Shown: in pieces, positions 1 through 11,740 of the stretch
Numbering within the stretch: the stretch's first letter is position 1
Layout: the number at the start of each line of letters is the position of its first letter
Source of the DNA: Cetorhinus maximus
Taxonomy: Eukaryota
Length of the DNA: 64,000 nt
NCBI RefSeq assembly: GCF_964194155.1
Contig: NC_135897.1
Location: forward strand, 83,948,001 to 84,012,000
Direction of reading: 5' to 3'
Made by a program: the position numbers and the translations under genes
Notes under the pieces: model-generated
Told to the model about the DNA's origin: nothing
The model's input: the letters and a program-made list of their open reading frames with translations, nothing else
Databases searched by the model: none

Positions 1-3000
1 CCTGTTCTCATATGAGGGGTGGTTCTATAATGGAAAAGGAAACATGCTAATTTAATTGCTATAGAATCTCCAAATAATTTCTTCATACCAGATTTGAACA
101 TCTGTACTTCTCTCTCGGCCAGCCCGTTTAAAGAAGGGTGATATGGTGATGTTTTGACATGAATAATACCATTGAGGCTGATAAATCGGTTAAATTCAGC
201 ACTCGTAAATACTGTTCCATTACCTGAAGTGCTCGTATCAGACAGACAGTCTGTTGATTGCGAAACTTTGTCGTAGCTTGTCTATTGTAGCAGAAGACGT
301 CGGCGACCTCACTTCACATATGTCCATCCATTCTGAATGAGCGATAAGTAGAAGAAACATTGTTCCCATAAAAAGGTCCCACATAATCAATATGTGTACT
401 CGCACCCATGGCCTTCCTGGCCACTCCCAGGAGTGTAACGGAGCCGTTGCAGGTAACTTATGTACTTGCTGACACTGCATACAACTTCTCACTAAGTTTC
501 CTATTTCTCCGTCCATCCCAGGCCACCATAGATAGCTGCGTGCTATTGCCTTCATTTTGGAAATTCTGGGATGTGCACTTGAAGTTCAGATGACAATGGC
601 TTTTGTCCCTTTGGAGGAACAATCACTCGAGCTCCCCACAATAAGATACCTTCTTGGCTGGTTATCTATATCTTCTCTGGAAATACATTTCATCAGATTC
701 TTGCTTTTGTGACCAACCATGAAGAACTTGATTTCTTACTTTGGATAAAACTGGGTCTCAATTTGTCCAATCTTTAATTTGTCTTGCACATATCGGTGAT
801 GAGTCTAGGAGGTTCAATAATAAAACAAATTCTTGAGGAATTGGAACATCCTCATCTTTTTCTTGCAAGGGAAAAGGACTGAGTGCATATGCATTTGCAA
901 TTTGGCTTCCAGGTCTATGAACGAAAGTATACTGCCAAGATCAACACCCACCTTTGTACTCTTGCTGAGGCTATGGTGGGTATAGCCTTGCCTTCACCAA
1001 ATAGTCCTAATAATGGCTTGTGGTCTGTTATGTTAGTAAAATGACAACCGATTAACATATTGGTGAAACTTAACACCGAAAATGATTGCCAGGCCTTCTT
1101 TTTCAATTTGAGAGTACGCTTTCTCTGCAGTATTGAGCGTTCTTGACACATATCCTATAGATCGTTCTGATCCATCATCCATTCAATGGGAAAGCACTGC
1201 TCCCATTCCATAGGCAGATGCGACACACGTTAATATCAACTTTTTTGGGTCAAAACGTACTAGAAGTGTAGATGATCGTAACAACTGTTTCACTTTTGTG
1301 AAAGCTTCTTCCTGTGGTGTTTGCCAAGACCATCGCTGGTTTTTCTTGAGCGAGTAACACAGGGGGTGCCAGTTCTATGGACAAATTAGGCAAGAAGCAT
1401 CCATAGTAATTGATCATCCCCATGGATGATTTCAGTTCAGGTGTATTCTTTGGTGCTGGGGCTTCTCTAATGTCTTTCACTTTTTCTTCAACTGGATGTA
1501 GGCCTTATGAATCTACCTTGTGACCTAGGTAAGATGCCTCTTTCGCTTGGAATGTGCACTTTTCCTTTCTCAACCTCACTCCAACCTGCTGAAAATGTTT
1601 CAAAACGTCTTTCAAGTTCATCAAATGTTCATCGAGTCCAGTCACGAGAACGTCATCCAAATAAACTACAAGTGGGGCAGTCCCTGAGGTAAACTTTCCA
1701 TGGTTCTTTGGAATATGGCTCAAGCTGAAGATACGCCAAAAGGTATTGGTGCAACCCCTTGTGTGTATTTACGGTGACAAACCTCTGGGAGGCCTTCTCT
1801 AATTCCAACTGCCGGTAGGCATGACTCATAGCTAACTTGTGTAGACCATTCCACCTGCCAATTTAGCATATAAGTCTTCAATTTTTGGTGTGGGGTGTCT
1901 ATCCAATTTTGCCACTTTATTGACTGTTAATTTGTGGTCCCCACAAACTCGAATGCTTTGGTCAGGTTTGAGAACAGGTATGATTGGTGCTGCCCATTCT
2001 GAAAACTGCACTGGTTGTATCTCTCCCAGTTTTCCTAATCTGTCCAGTTCAGCATCTCATTGCATATAAGGTACTGATCTTGCCTTCCTGAATCTTGATG
2101 TTGCCTCTGAATCTACATGAATCTTGGTGTTGCCTCACAATTTTTCCAAGTTCATCCTTGAAAACTGAGGCATATTTTTGTAGTAGCTCTGATAGCCCAT
2201 TAGTTCTCAGTTGGAAGATTTCTGTCCATTCCAATTTAATTTCTTTCAGCCAGTTTTGTCCGAGGAGACTAGGTCCCTCGCCTGCTACTACCATCAAGGG
2301 TAATTTCACTGTTTGACCTCCGTAGTGTACTATGGTTTTACATATGCCTTCTCCTGTGTAAGTTTTCAATTTGGCATCAGTTCCTTCCAAATTTAGTTTA
2401 CGTTCCCCATGATTCAGGTATTTAAATGTATGCTCACCTATCCCCGTAGTGGCTGCACGGTATCCACCTCCATTCTGATAGGCTTCTCATTCACCCTCAT
2501 GGTTACATAGATAGGCTCTGTTCTTCCTACCTTTAAATTATATAACGAATAAATATCAGAATCTATTACTTCAGGCTTTTCAACACTGTTAATCTCATTG
2601 GGTTTTTGCTTTTGTCTGAAAGTCTGCCTGATTCTATCTTTACAATGCCTCATGGGGTGTTCGTTTCGATGACAGAAAAAATACTTGATCTTTTTAAATT
2701 GTGATTCATTACGAGGTTGTCTGCTTCCACCTCTTGTTACCATTATGCTGTGTTTTTGCTACTAAGTAATCTCTTTTAATTTGTTTGCTAGTGGTGGCTG
2801 CTTCCCGCTTCTGAGTAAAGCTTTACACTTTCACGCTCTTTTTGGCTGAGGCTCCCCGCCCGACATGGAGGACCGCGCCATTTTGCGCTCCCCGTATTGC
2901 TTTCGAGTCTCGCCACAGCGCCTTCCATTGCCAGATCGATTTCCAACGCCTTCTAAAAAAACCTAAAATTTGTTCCAGGCAGTAATCTCTTCTGAATCGC

Positions 3001-3552
3001 ATCTTCATTTGTACCGCACACCAAACGATCTCTTAATCATATCATTGATAAGTGTACCAAACTCGCAATATTCAGTTAATTGTTTCAGGCTCGCCACATA
3101 ACAAGAAACTGTCTCCCCCGCGGCTCTATTCCTGGAGTTGAATTTGAACCGTTGCATCGTCACCGACGGCTTGGGCTGGTAATGATTCTTTACAAGGTTC
3201 ATCAAAACTTTGAGTCTGGGTCACTAGGTGCCAACAGGTTTCGAATTAATCCATATGTCTCACTCCCACACGTGGACAAAAGGATCGCGCGCTTCCTCCA
3301 CCACAATGTTGTTCGTCTGGAAGGTGAATGTGAAGCGATCAACACAGTGAGACCGGTCGTCCAAGACTGGATCGAAAGGCTCCACTCTTCCAAATTGCGG
3401 CGTGCTCCGAGGGGATTACTCCGATGAAGAGGAAGGAAATTTTTCTTTACTTATAACTACCGTGCGAGGTACATCCCAATCTTGCTTCTTCTGATCGCCT
3501 TCATTCCTTCTCACTTTTTACCTCATCCTTTCGTGTCTTTTCTAGCTTTTTA

Positions 3553-3564
3553 CTCTCGTCGCCC
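3553..3564 (-). other. Primer-binding site (tRNA-Ser-like)
   Basis: Minus strand reads GGGCGACGAGAG just inside the LTR end; resembles the TGGCGACGAG PBS of Mag-type Gypsy elements. Confidence 0.6.
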
Positions 3565-3566
3565 GC

Positions 3567-3859
3567 TGTTGGATTCAGTGCCCTGGTTTGTTGGAGCTAA
3601 AGGATCCAGGTTGCACACTTGTTTCAGGGTGACCGAGTTGGTACCAAGACAGAGATGATCAGTAGACAGTTCTTAGAAGAAACACATTGCTTATTCACAA
3701 AAGGAACTTAGCAGCTACACTTTTGTGCTCAAAACTCTGTCTTTCCTCCTCAGACTCTAACTCAAGACTTCTCTACAGAGGTAGCCCATGCGACTCTGCT
3801 ATTGAGTGTCAAGATCATGCGATCTTACATTACAATATTTGTCTTAAAGGTATATTACA
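3567..3859 (-). repeat. 5' LTR of the Gypsy element
   Basis: On the minus strand it begins TGTAATATA (3859) and ends ...ATCCAACA (3567), directly followed by a PBS-like motif. Confidence 0.7.
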
Positions 3860-3889
3860 CATCAGATTACTACCCTCCCCTATCACCGT

Positions 3890-4085
3890 TCCAGACCCCA
3901 CAGCCTTCAGCTGCCTGGGACCCGGGCTCTGAAATTCTTTCCCTAAACCTCTCGGTCTCTCTACCCACCTTAAAACCTTCCCCCTTAACCAACCCAGCAT
4001 AATATCTCCTTATGTGGCTCTTTGCTGTGAAGCAGTTTGGGATGCTTTGATAAATTAAAAGTACAATATAAATGCAAATTGTTAC
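3890..4085 (+). mobile_element. L2-type LINE 3' tail fragment
   Basis: CAGCTGCCTGGG..CTCTGAAATTC..CCCTAAACCTCTC..GTGAAGCAGTTTGGGAT..ATATAAATGCAA; same tail at 6500-6875 and 47490-47910. Confidence 0.65.
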
Positions 4086-4148
4086 AAATCAAGGAGAACG
4101 CAGAAAGGCAACGCACAATGACTGCATTAACAGGGGATTGTTAATGGT

Positions 4149-4337
4149 GTTAATTATATTGTTACGATACACAGTTGAAGGGCACCCTTTAATTAAGTAC
4201 CTTGAGCACATATAAATAGGGGATAGCTGGGACATGGTGTGATGACAACTATGGGACTGAACAAACTCAATAAACTCTCAGTGAAGAAAAGTTCTATGTC
4301 TTGGTCTTGAGTTCACCAACCAGTTTGGATTCTACTA
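4149..4337 (+). repeat. Possible solo LTR
   Basis: TG start, TATAAATAG (~4212) and AATAAA (~4269); no clean CA end or TSD. Confidence 0.3.
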
Positions 4338-4844
4338 AAAGGGGGATGTCAGGGATGACTTTGGCCAGGGTCAGCTTAGTGCGATGGGCAAGAAGTAAAA
4401 GGGAGTGAAGGAAATGAACAAGGAGCGGTTGGAGAGGTAGGTACAGAGATTGGGGAGGTAAGGATAGAGTGACCTGATTGTGGATCATAGAGAGGAGAAA
4501 TAAGTTGGGAGACAAGGCAGTAGCTGAAGAAGCTGAGGGCTTCACGAGGGATGGTGAGTGCAGTTTTGAAGGAAGATACTTGAGGAAAGGAAGGCAACTG
4601 GATTCTGAAATTCTACAGCAACAAAATATCCAGACCAGAGGTTGACGATCATTGGGCCACAGTTGACACTAGTTGTCTGTCAAAATAATCATTAAAAATG
4701 GACTTACTGTTCCTGGTTTTACAAAACGTGGGAATACAGTACAGAATACACATGTCAGCACCGGATTAAATCTGACCTGTCAGAGCAGTCACAGTCAAAA
4801 GATATCTTAGTGTGGGCCAGCATTGATCTATCCAGCTCTACCTG

Positions 4845-5040
4845 TCCCACCCACCCCGCCTTAAACCAGCTTATATTTCACCTCTTTTCTATTTTTCCTT
4901 AGTTCTGTTGAAGAGTCATACGGACTCGAGACGTTAGCTGTTTTCCTCTCCGCAGATGCTGTCAGACCTGCTGAGTTTTTCCAGCTATTTTTATTTTTGT
5001 TTTGGATTTCCAGCATCCGCAGTTTTTTTGCTTTTATCTT
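4845..5040 (+). mobile_element. Penelope-like element 3' end with minimal hammerhead-like motif
   Basis: CTGTTGA-A-GAGTC atacg GACTC-GAGA-CGTT at 4905-4935, followed by CAGATGCTGTCAGACCTGCTGAGTTTTTCCAG..GATTTCCAGCATCCGCAG, shared with 7718, 11088 and 17545. Confidence 0.7.
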
Positions 5041-5282
5041 ACTGACTGAAGCATGCTGCAAGTAACAACTTGGGAACACACTCCGTCATTAACCAGGTGA
5101 AGTACTACCAAGGGGTTTATCATATAGTACAGAAGTACAATATGATCAGCAAACATCGGAGGGTACAGATGAGCAGCCGAGTTTTGGTGTCGGTGCAGTT
5201 TAAGGGTTCGAAGGCAAAATTCCAAAGCAAACTGAAACTTCTAACAATCAGTCCCACTTCCCATAGGCTAAAGAATTGAAAA

Positions 5283-5645
5283 AACAACTTGTATTCAGGT
5301 TGTCTCAAGGTGAGGTACAGCCAATGAAGTGCTATTGAAGCGTAGTTACTGCTGCAATCCAAGAAACAAGGCTGTCAAATTGTGCTCAGCAAGATTCCAC
5401 AAACAGCGATGAGATAATGGTCAGATAAACCTTTTTAGTGATCAGTATTGGCCAGGACACTGGTGGGAGGAAGAACTTCCTTGTTCTATTTTGAAATAGA
5501 GCTGTGGGATCTTTTATGTCCACCTGAGGACAGAGAGGGCTTTGGTTTAATGTCTCACCCCAAGTCCGGCACCTCCAACAGTGCAGCACGCCCTCAGAGC
5601 TGCACTGGGTGCGTCAATCTAAATCTTGTGCTCAAATCTTTTTGA
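5283..5645 (-). mobile_element. Deu-domain SINE (SacSINE1/AmnSINE1-like)
   Basis: Reverse complement of CAGTGCAG..GAGGG..TGCACTG..GGAGGTGCC..GAGACATTAAACC..AAAAGATCCCA..GTCCTGGCCAATA. Confidence 0.75.
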
Positions 5646-6499
5646 AGCCTGAAATTTCAAACCAATAAATACAGCAGCTGATCTTAAGAGGTGCTGAAAT
5701 GAATACTCTCCCCATTCCTCCTACACACAACTCCAGTCGCTTGCAGTTACGTCAGGTACTGTCCGGACTGTTACACTGAATAAGTTATATTGATAGCTTG
5801 CCCTCACGATTGTGCGCACGATACTTCAGCTCTTGATAATTAAGGACATTTAAACTCATACTGTGTTCTCAACGTCATATTTGTAGTGTAGAAAACCAGG
5901 AGTAAAAATCATTCAGAAACCACTCCCCCCACCTCTCAAAAAAACATTGTTATTTTCTCAACATTAAAACTCAAAAAAAGACAAGCACGAGATTTATAAA
6001 AAAAGGGTATGTTTAAATTATTCACGCTTTTTAGACCCCCACCCGGCAGGCTCTGTTTGCTTTCTTTAAATTGTTGCCTTGGCGCCTGCTACTAAGGCGA
6101 GGCAACATTGGAGGTAGTTAGTACGCAGGGGAGGTGTGGTTACGAGCTTGCTTTTGGTAAACGACGCCAAGATGGCTACTGGTTGATGACCTCAGGCGCC
6201 AGGTTTTGATCAGTACGGAAACCAGGCTGTGTCGGTGCTTTGCTCTCTTCGCTCCAGAGTGGATTAGGAACAAAACACTGAAGCTTCTGGAAATCTATCA
6301 TCGCTCATTGAAAAGTGTCATGCAGGCGATCCAACTCAGCCTCTTCCCGTGATTTTTACCATTACAGGAAGCATTGGCCAGACAACTTGGCTCACCCCAT
6401 ATAATGCCATTAAGTGTCAGGAGAGCACTGGACACAGTGAACATAATGAACATAATGGATCCTGACTATTCCAGCTGTAGTACTGAAGATCTGCTCCCA

Positions 6500-6875
6500 G
6501 AGTCAGGCTGTTCACCCATTAACCCCGTGTTTGCTGACTTAACCTCAAATTTTAAATTCCCATCCCCGTGTTCAAATCCCTCCATGGCCTCACCTATCCC
6601 TATCTGTGTAACCGCAACCAGCCCTACAAGCCTCCAAAAACTCCATGTTCCTCCAGTTCTGACCTCTTTTGCATCCTCCATCTCCTTATCCCTAATGCTG
6701 GCCGTGCCTACAGCGGCCTAAGCCCTTAGCTCTGGAATTCCCTTCCTAAACCTCTCTCTCTTCCTTTAAGGTGCTTCTTAATATCTACTTCTTCCACCAA
6801 GCACCTGTCCAAATAGCTCCTAATGTGGCTCTGCGTCAAATTGTGTTTGTTAATGCTCTTGTTAAGTGCCCTGAG
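6500..6875 (+). mobile_element. L2-type LINE 3' fragment
   Basis: CACCCATTAACCCCGTGTTTGCTGAC..AAGCTCTGGAATTCCC-like..TCCTTTAAG..GTGGCTC; same family as 3890 and 47490. Confidence 0.65.
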
Positions 6876-7717
6876 TGGGAGTAATTGGATGGGTCTTTCA
6901 AAGAACCATCACAGGCATAATGGGCCAAATGGCCTCCTTCTGTGCTGCATATGCGTTCATCCCCTGCTATTCATATGCATTGATTCATAAGCAGGAAAAT
7001 AAAAAATCCAAAACACAGACTGTCAAAAGCATCAAGGGCTATTGCAAACTGTTCTCAAGTGAACTTGTGCTCAAGATGAGAGATGTCAAGGGCCGGAAAC
7101 GGAGACACTTTCTCGCTAGGCACCTAGAGTCAGCATAAAGCGTTGCCAGGTCAGTGCAGCTCCCTCCACTCCTCCCCCTCAGCAGATCTCAGCTTCAAAC
7201 CCCAACCACGCCACCACACCCCCTCATTCCCTACAACTCATGCCAGCCTGCGAGACAGCCAAATTTATTTCACATCGAGCTTCCATGGGCAGGCGAGAGT
7301 TTCAGTCCATTAACTTGGTTTTGAGCATAGGTCTTCATGGACCTCCTTAACCCTGTGCAGTGCGACCCATCTCCACAAACCAGTTAAAAGGCGGAAGGGG
7401 AATTCTTCTCCCATAATAAATAGGGCAATGTTCTTGACAGGAACAATCGCCAAGAGTTCTAAAAACGGAGCGAGCTACAGGAAATGCACACAAGCCAACT
7501 CTTGTTACATGGATGTACTGTGAAAATGTACTTCCTGACAAAAATTGCATTAAGGTTTTCCTTAAAGACTTCAACTTTGTTGCTATTTGGCTCACAACAT
7601 TTACCCATCAGTATTTTCACCCAGCGCATAAAGTCACAGCAATGATCTGGCTAAGCTTAAATTATTTTTTACTCTCCTCTGGCAGGTAATGACACCGAAA
7701 CTCAAGTCACCCGTCCA

Positions 7718-7922
7718 AGTAAAAACAATAAGTGCTGGAAAGAGTCAGAAGCTCTGGCAGCATCTGTGGGGAGAGAAACAGAGTAAACATTTCGAGTCGA
7801 CTATGGCTTCTTTGGAACATATTGGACATCAGTCATATTGGATCCGAAACATTAATGCCACAGACGCTGCCAGACCTGTGCTTTTCCAGCATTTTCTTTT
7901 TTTATTTCAGATTTCCAGCATC
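7718..7922. mobile_element. Older fold-back Penelope-derived mini-element
   Basis: TGCTGGAAA..TCTGGCAGCATCTGTGG..TTTCGAGTC on the left is inverted relative to CGAAAC..CCACAGACGCTGCCAGAC..TTTCCAGCA on the right. Confidence 0.65.
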
Positions 7923-7962
7923 ATCATGGACCAGAAACAAGCTGGGGATGGCCTTAGGTGTC

Positions 7963-8345
7963 GGCGGTGGCTCAGTGAGAAGCTCTCTCGCCTCCGAGGG
8001 TTCAAGACCCCCCCCAGAGACTTGAGCACCTAACACTCCAGTGCAGCACTGAGGGAGTGCTGCACGGTTTGGGGGGGGGAGCTGTCTTTCAATGAGACGT
8101 TAAACTGAGGCCTCGTCTGCCTTTTCAGGTGGACGCGCAACACCCTTGGGGACCGCTGGAACAGAAACGGTCCAACACCTAAATCAGACCTAAATCATTA
8201 TCTCTGCAGTGCACGGGAGCTTGCAATATACAAATTAGCTGCCACGTTCGATACATTAAAAAGAGTGACTACAGTTCTAAAGTACTTCACCAGATGCAAA
8301 GCACTTTGAGATATCCTGAGGCCATGAGAGGTGCAGGCATTTCAC
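7963..8345 (+). mobile_element. Deu-domain SINE
   Basis: tRNA-like head (GTGGCTCAGTG, GGTTCAAGACCC), ACACTCCAGTGCAGCACTGAGGGAGTGCTGCAC core and L2-like tail. Confidence 0.75.
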
Positions 8346-8789
8346 TCTTAATTTGAATAGTTCAGTATATAATTTACTGAGCTACCAGGACACCGGATTA
8401 GGCCTGTTTCTTGGAAACATAGCAGGATACTGGCCTGCAACATGTTACCACTTTAAACTAAACTCACTGACCTCATCAGAATCCTGTGATAATCCTTGCT
8501 TGCCAAAGCAGGTTTAAAAAGTAACGCAGTGTGCATTTTTGTGTGAAGGTTGCCTGGGCTGCTGCCCCCATCAGCTGCTCCTTTTTGTGTGTGATGGAGT
8601 CGCATTCACTTCTTACAGAATGAGAGAACTTTACAACACAATCAGGCCATTCAGCCCTGTGCTGGTCCTCTTACTCTGATTCTCAATAGCCCTCGAGAAG
8701 ATTTATTTTTCCAAACATTTGTCCACTTCTCTTTTAAAGCTATTGGGGATTTCTGCTACCACTACTGCTTCCGGTGTGTTCATGGCACA

Positions 8790-9375
8790 CAGACCAGGCC
8801 AGCATCAAATTGCCCACCCCTAATCACCCTTCAGAGGGTGGCAATGAGCCGCCTTCTTGAACCGCTGCAGTCCACGTGGTGTTGACACGCCCAGCGCTGT
8901 TAGGGATTGAGCTCCAGCCATGATAAAGGAATGGCGATATATTTCCTAGTCAGGGTGGTGATTTTGTTCAATTTATTCTGCCATGGGAGGCGGGCGTCGC
9001 TGGCAAGGCCAGTGTTTGTTGCCCATCCCTAATCACCCTTCAACTGAGCGGCTTACTAGGCTGTTTCAGAGGGCAGCTAAGAGTTAACCACATTGGTGTG
9101 GGTCTGGAGTCACATGTAGGCCAGACCGGGTAAGGATGGAGTCACATGTAGGCCAGACCGGGTAGGGATGGCAGATTTCCTTTACTAAAGGACATCAGTG
9201 AACCAGATGGATTTTTACAACAATCGATGATAGTTTCGTGGTCAACATTACTGAGACTAGCCTTTCATTCCAGATTTATTAATTACATTTAAATTCCACC
9301 AACTGTGATGGTTCTCCCAGAATATTACCCTGGGCCTATGGATTACTAGTCCAGTGACATTATCACTACTCCACG
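8790..9375 (-). mobile_element. LINE 3' tail plus tRNA-derived SINE sharing that tail; contains a 32-bp tandem duplication (9105-9168)
   Basis: Reverse complement of the 30598-30985 SINE; TGGAGTCACATGTAGGCCAGACCGGGTA(A/G)GGA occurs twice in tandem. Confidence 0.7.
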
Positions 9376-9399
9376 ATCTTCCCAGATGTATGGTGCATG

Positions 9400-9948
9400 A
9401 CTTGCAGAGTGGATTTATGAAATGGAGATCATGTTTGACAAACCTGCTGGAGTTCCTTTTGAGGACGTAACTAGCAGAATAGATAAGGGAGAACCAGTGG
9501 ATGTGGTGTATTTGGATTTTCAGAAAACTTTTGATAAAGTCCCACATAAGAGGTTATTGTGCAAAATTAAAGCACATGGGATTTGGGGGTAAAATATTGG
9601 TATGGATTGAGAATTGGTCAGCAGACAGGAAACAGAGTAGGTCTAGAACAAGGGGTCAGACTCAGGATACGGGGCAGGCCATTGAGGACTGAGATAAGGA
9701 GAACCTTCTTCACTCAGAGGACGGTGAACCTATGGAATTCTCTACCACGGAAGGCTGTGGAGACAAAGTCTTGAATATATTTAAAAAGGAAATAGATAGA
9801 TTTCTGGACTCTAAAGGTGACAAGGGGTGTGGGGAGAGAGCGGGAGTAGGGCGTTGAGATAGAGGATCAGCCATGATCATGTTGAATGGTGGAGCAGGCT
9901 CGGAGGGCCAAATGGCCTACTCCTGCTCCTATTTTCTATGTTTCTATG
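9400..9948 (+). mobile_element. CR1 LINE fragment, internally deleted
   Basis: RT segment (D.VYLDFQK.FDKVPH) joined at ~9637 directly to the C-terminus (SRTRG..FFTQRTVNLWNSLP) and the 3' UTR ending TTCTATGTTTCTATG. Confidence 0.85.
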
Positions 9949-10845
9949 AATGGTGACACTCTCGTGCGCCTCCTGTCCTTGTCATTCTAGGTGGTCGAGA
10001 TCGCAGGTTTAGAAGGTACAGTCGAAGAGGCCTTGGCAAGTTGCTGCATTGCATCCTGTAGATGATACACGCTGCAGTCATGGTGCTCTGGTAGCGGAGA
10101 GAGTGAATGTTTAAGGTGGTGGATGGGGTGCCGATCAAGCGGGCTGGTTTGGCCTGGATGGTGTCAAGCCTCATGAACGGTGATGAAGCTGTATGCGTCC
10201 AGGCAAATCGAGAGTATTCCATTACACTCCTGACTTGTGCCTTATAAATGGTGGACATGCTTTGGAAAGCCAGATGATGAGTAAATCGCCACAGAATTCC
10301 CAGCCACTGCTCTGCTCTTGCAGCCACAGTATTTATTTGGTTTGTCCAGTTAAATTTCTGGTCAATGGTGACTGCCCCCGAGGATGTTGATGGTGGGGGA
10401 TTCGACAACAGTAATACCACTGAATATCAAGGGACGATGGTTAGATCCTCTCTTGTTGGAGATGGTTATTGCCTGGCACTTGTGTGGCACAAATGTTATG
10501 TGGCCCTTGTTAGCCCAAGCCTGAATGTTGTCCAGGTCTTGCTATATGTGCGCACGGACTGCTTCATTATCTGACGAGTTGCAAACTTAATGTGCAATCA
10601 TCAGCGAACAGTCCCACTTCTGACATGTTGGTGAGAAGGTTATTGGTGAAGCAAGTGAAGGTGGCTGGACCTAGGATACTTCCCGGAGGAGCTCCTGCAG
10701 CGATGTCCTGATACTGAGATGATTGGCCTCCAGCAACCACACACATCTATCTTTGTGCTAGGCTAGACTCCAACCAATGGAGAGCACCCCCCACCCCCAT
10801 CCCCGATTTCCACTGACTTCAGTTTCACTAGGGCTCCTTGATGCG
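9945..10845 (-). mobile_element. Non-LTR retrotransposon (second L2/CR1-group family), RT C-terminal fragment
   Basis: ORF 9944-10420: VTIDQKFNWTNQIN..LGILWR..IYKAQVRSVMEYS..W..LDTIQAKPARLI. Confidence 0.85.
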
Positions 10846-11087
10846 TAAAAGAGCAAGAGCAGCAATGTTATGGAAACACAATCAACTCCAACTCCCACAT
10901 CACCCTGCCAAGGATATACATAGTCATTCCTTCACCACTTGAGCAAAACCCCAGAATTGCCTACCCAATATCACAGTGGGAGCCACTGAAGCTCTTGGGT
11001 TGGAGCGGTTCAAGGAGGACGCCCTCAGGGCAAGTGGTGATGGTCAACAAACACAGCATCCCTAGAATAGAAAAGAATTCCACAATA

Positions 11088-11296
11088 AACACAGGGGATA
11101 CTGGGAACACTCAGGAGGCCTGGCAGCATCTGTGATAAGAGAAAGAGAGAGAACATTTCAGGTTTGCGACTTTTCATTGTCCTGTTAACGTTAACTCCGT
11201 TTTTCTCTCTCCACAGATGCTGCTGAACCTGTTGAGTATTTCCAGCATTTCCTTTATTTATTTCAGATTTGCAGCATCTGGAGTGTTTTTGCTTTT
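11088..11296. mobile_element. Older fold-back Penelope-derived mini-element
   Basis: CTGGGAACACTCAG..GGCAGCATCTGTG..AGAGAAA inverted relative to TTTCTCTCTCCACAGATGCTGC..TGAGTATTTCCAG. Confidence 0.65.
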
Positions 11297-11544
11297 GGAA
11301 AACAATCCCCCAACTTTGTCCCTTGCTGTCTTAGTTTCAAGCTTGAATTCATTCTCTTCACCAAATCAGCCCCATCCTTGCAGACGCTTCACCAAAGGGT
11401 AGTATTCACACACTTACAGTCCGGGGAGGGACTTGTTGGCATCGGGAGCAGGTATGTACAAGTGCACAATACCGGCCTGTACTGGAAGGCTAAGAAATCA
11501 GCCTGTCCTCCGCCAAAACACAAAAGTGGACGACCAGTATCGAA

Positions 11545-11740
11545 GGGCAAAAAATAGCAGTGCACGTAGGCCTTACAGTCCCCCCCGGGCCTGCTCCGCC
11601 ATTCAACATGACCACAGTTGATCTTTGACATCACTCCACTTTCCCAGCCTATCTCCATATTCCGTGATTCCCTTAGCATTCAAAAATCTTTTGATCTCAG
11701 TCTCCCATATACTCATTGGATGAGTATCCACAGCTCTCTG
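11545..11740 (-). mobile_element. CR1 3' UTR fragment
   Basis: GTAGGCC..GCCTGCTCCGCCATTCAA..ACTCCACTTTCC..ATCTCAGTCT, reverse complement of the CR1 tail seen elsewhere in the window. Confidence 0.6.

Larger units (their letters stand above)
1..3859 (-). mobile_element. Decayed Ty3/Gypsy LTR retrotransposon (gag-PR-RT-RNaseH-IN), running off the left edge, inside SIAH2 intron 1
   Basis: Frameshifted minus-strand ORFs in Gypsy order: gag (3005-3393, LLSTCGSETYGLIRNL, QRFKFNSRNR), degenerate zinc knuckle and protease (2438-2743, CHRNEH..HC, MEVDT), RT (1505-1723, YLDDVLVTG), RNase H (915-1151, TDHKPLLGLF..RVQRW), integrase (238-555, ARSYLWWPG..C..C..WEWPGRPW). Confidence 0.95.
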
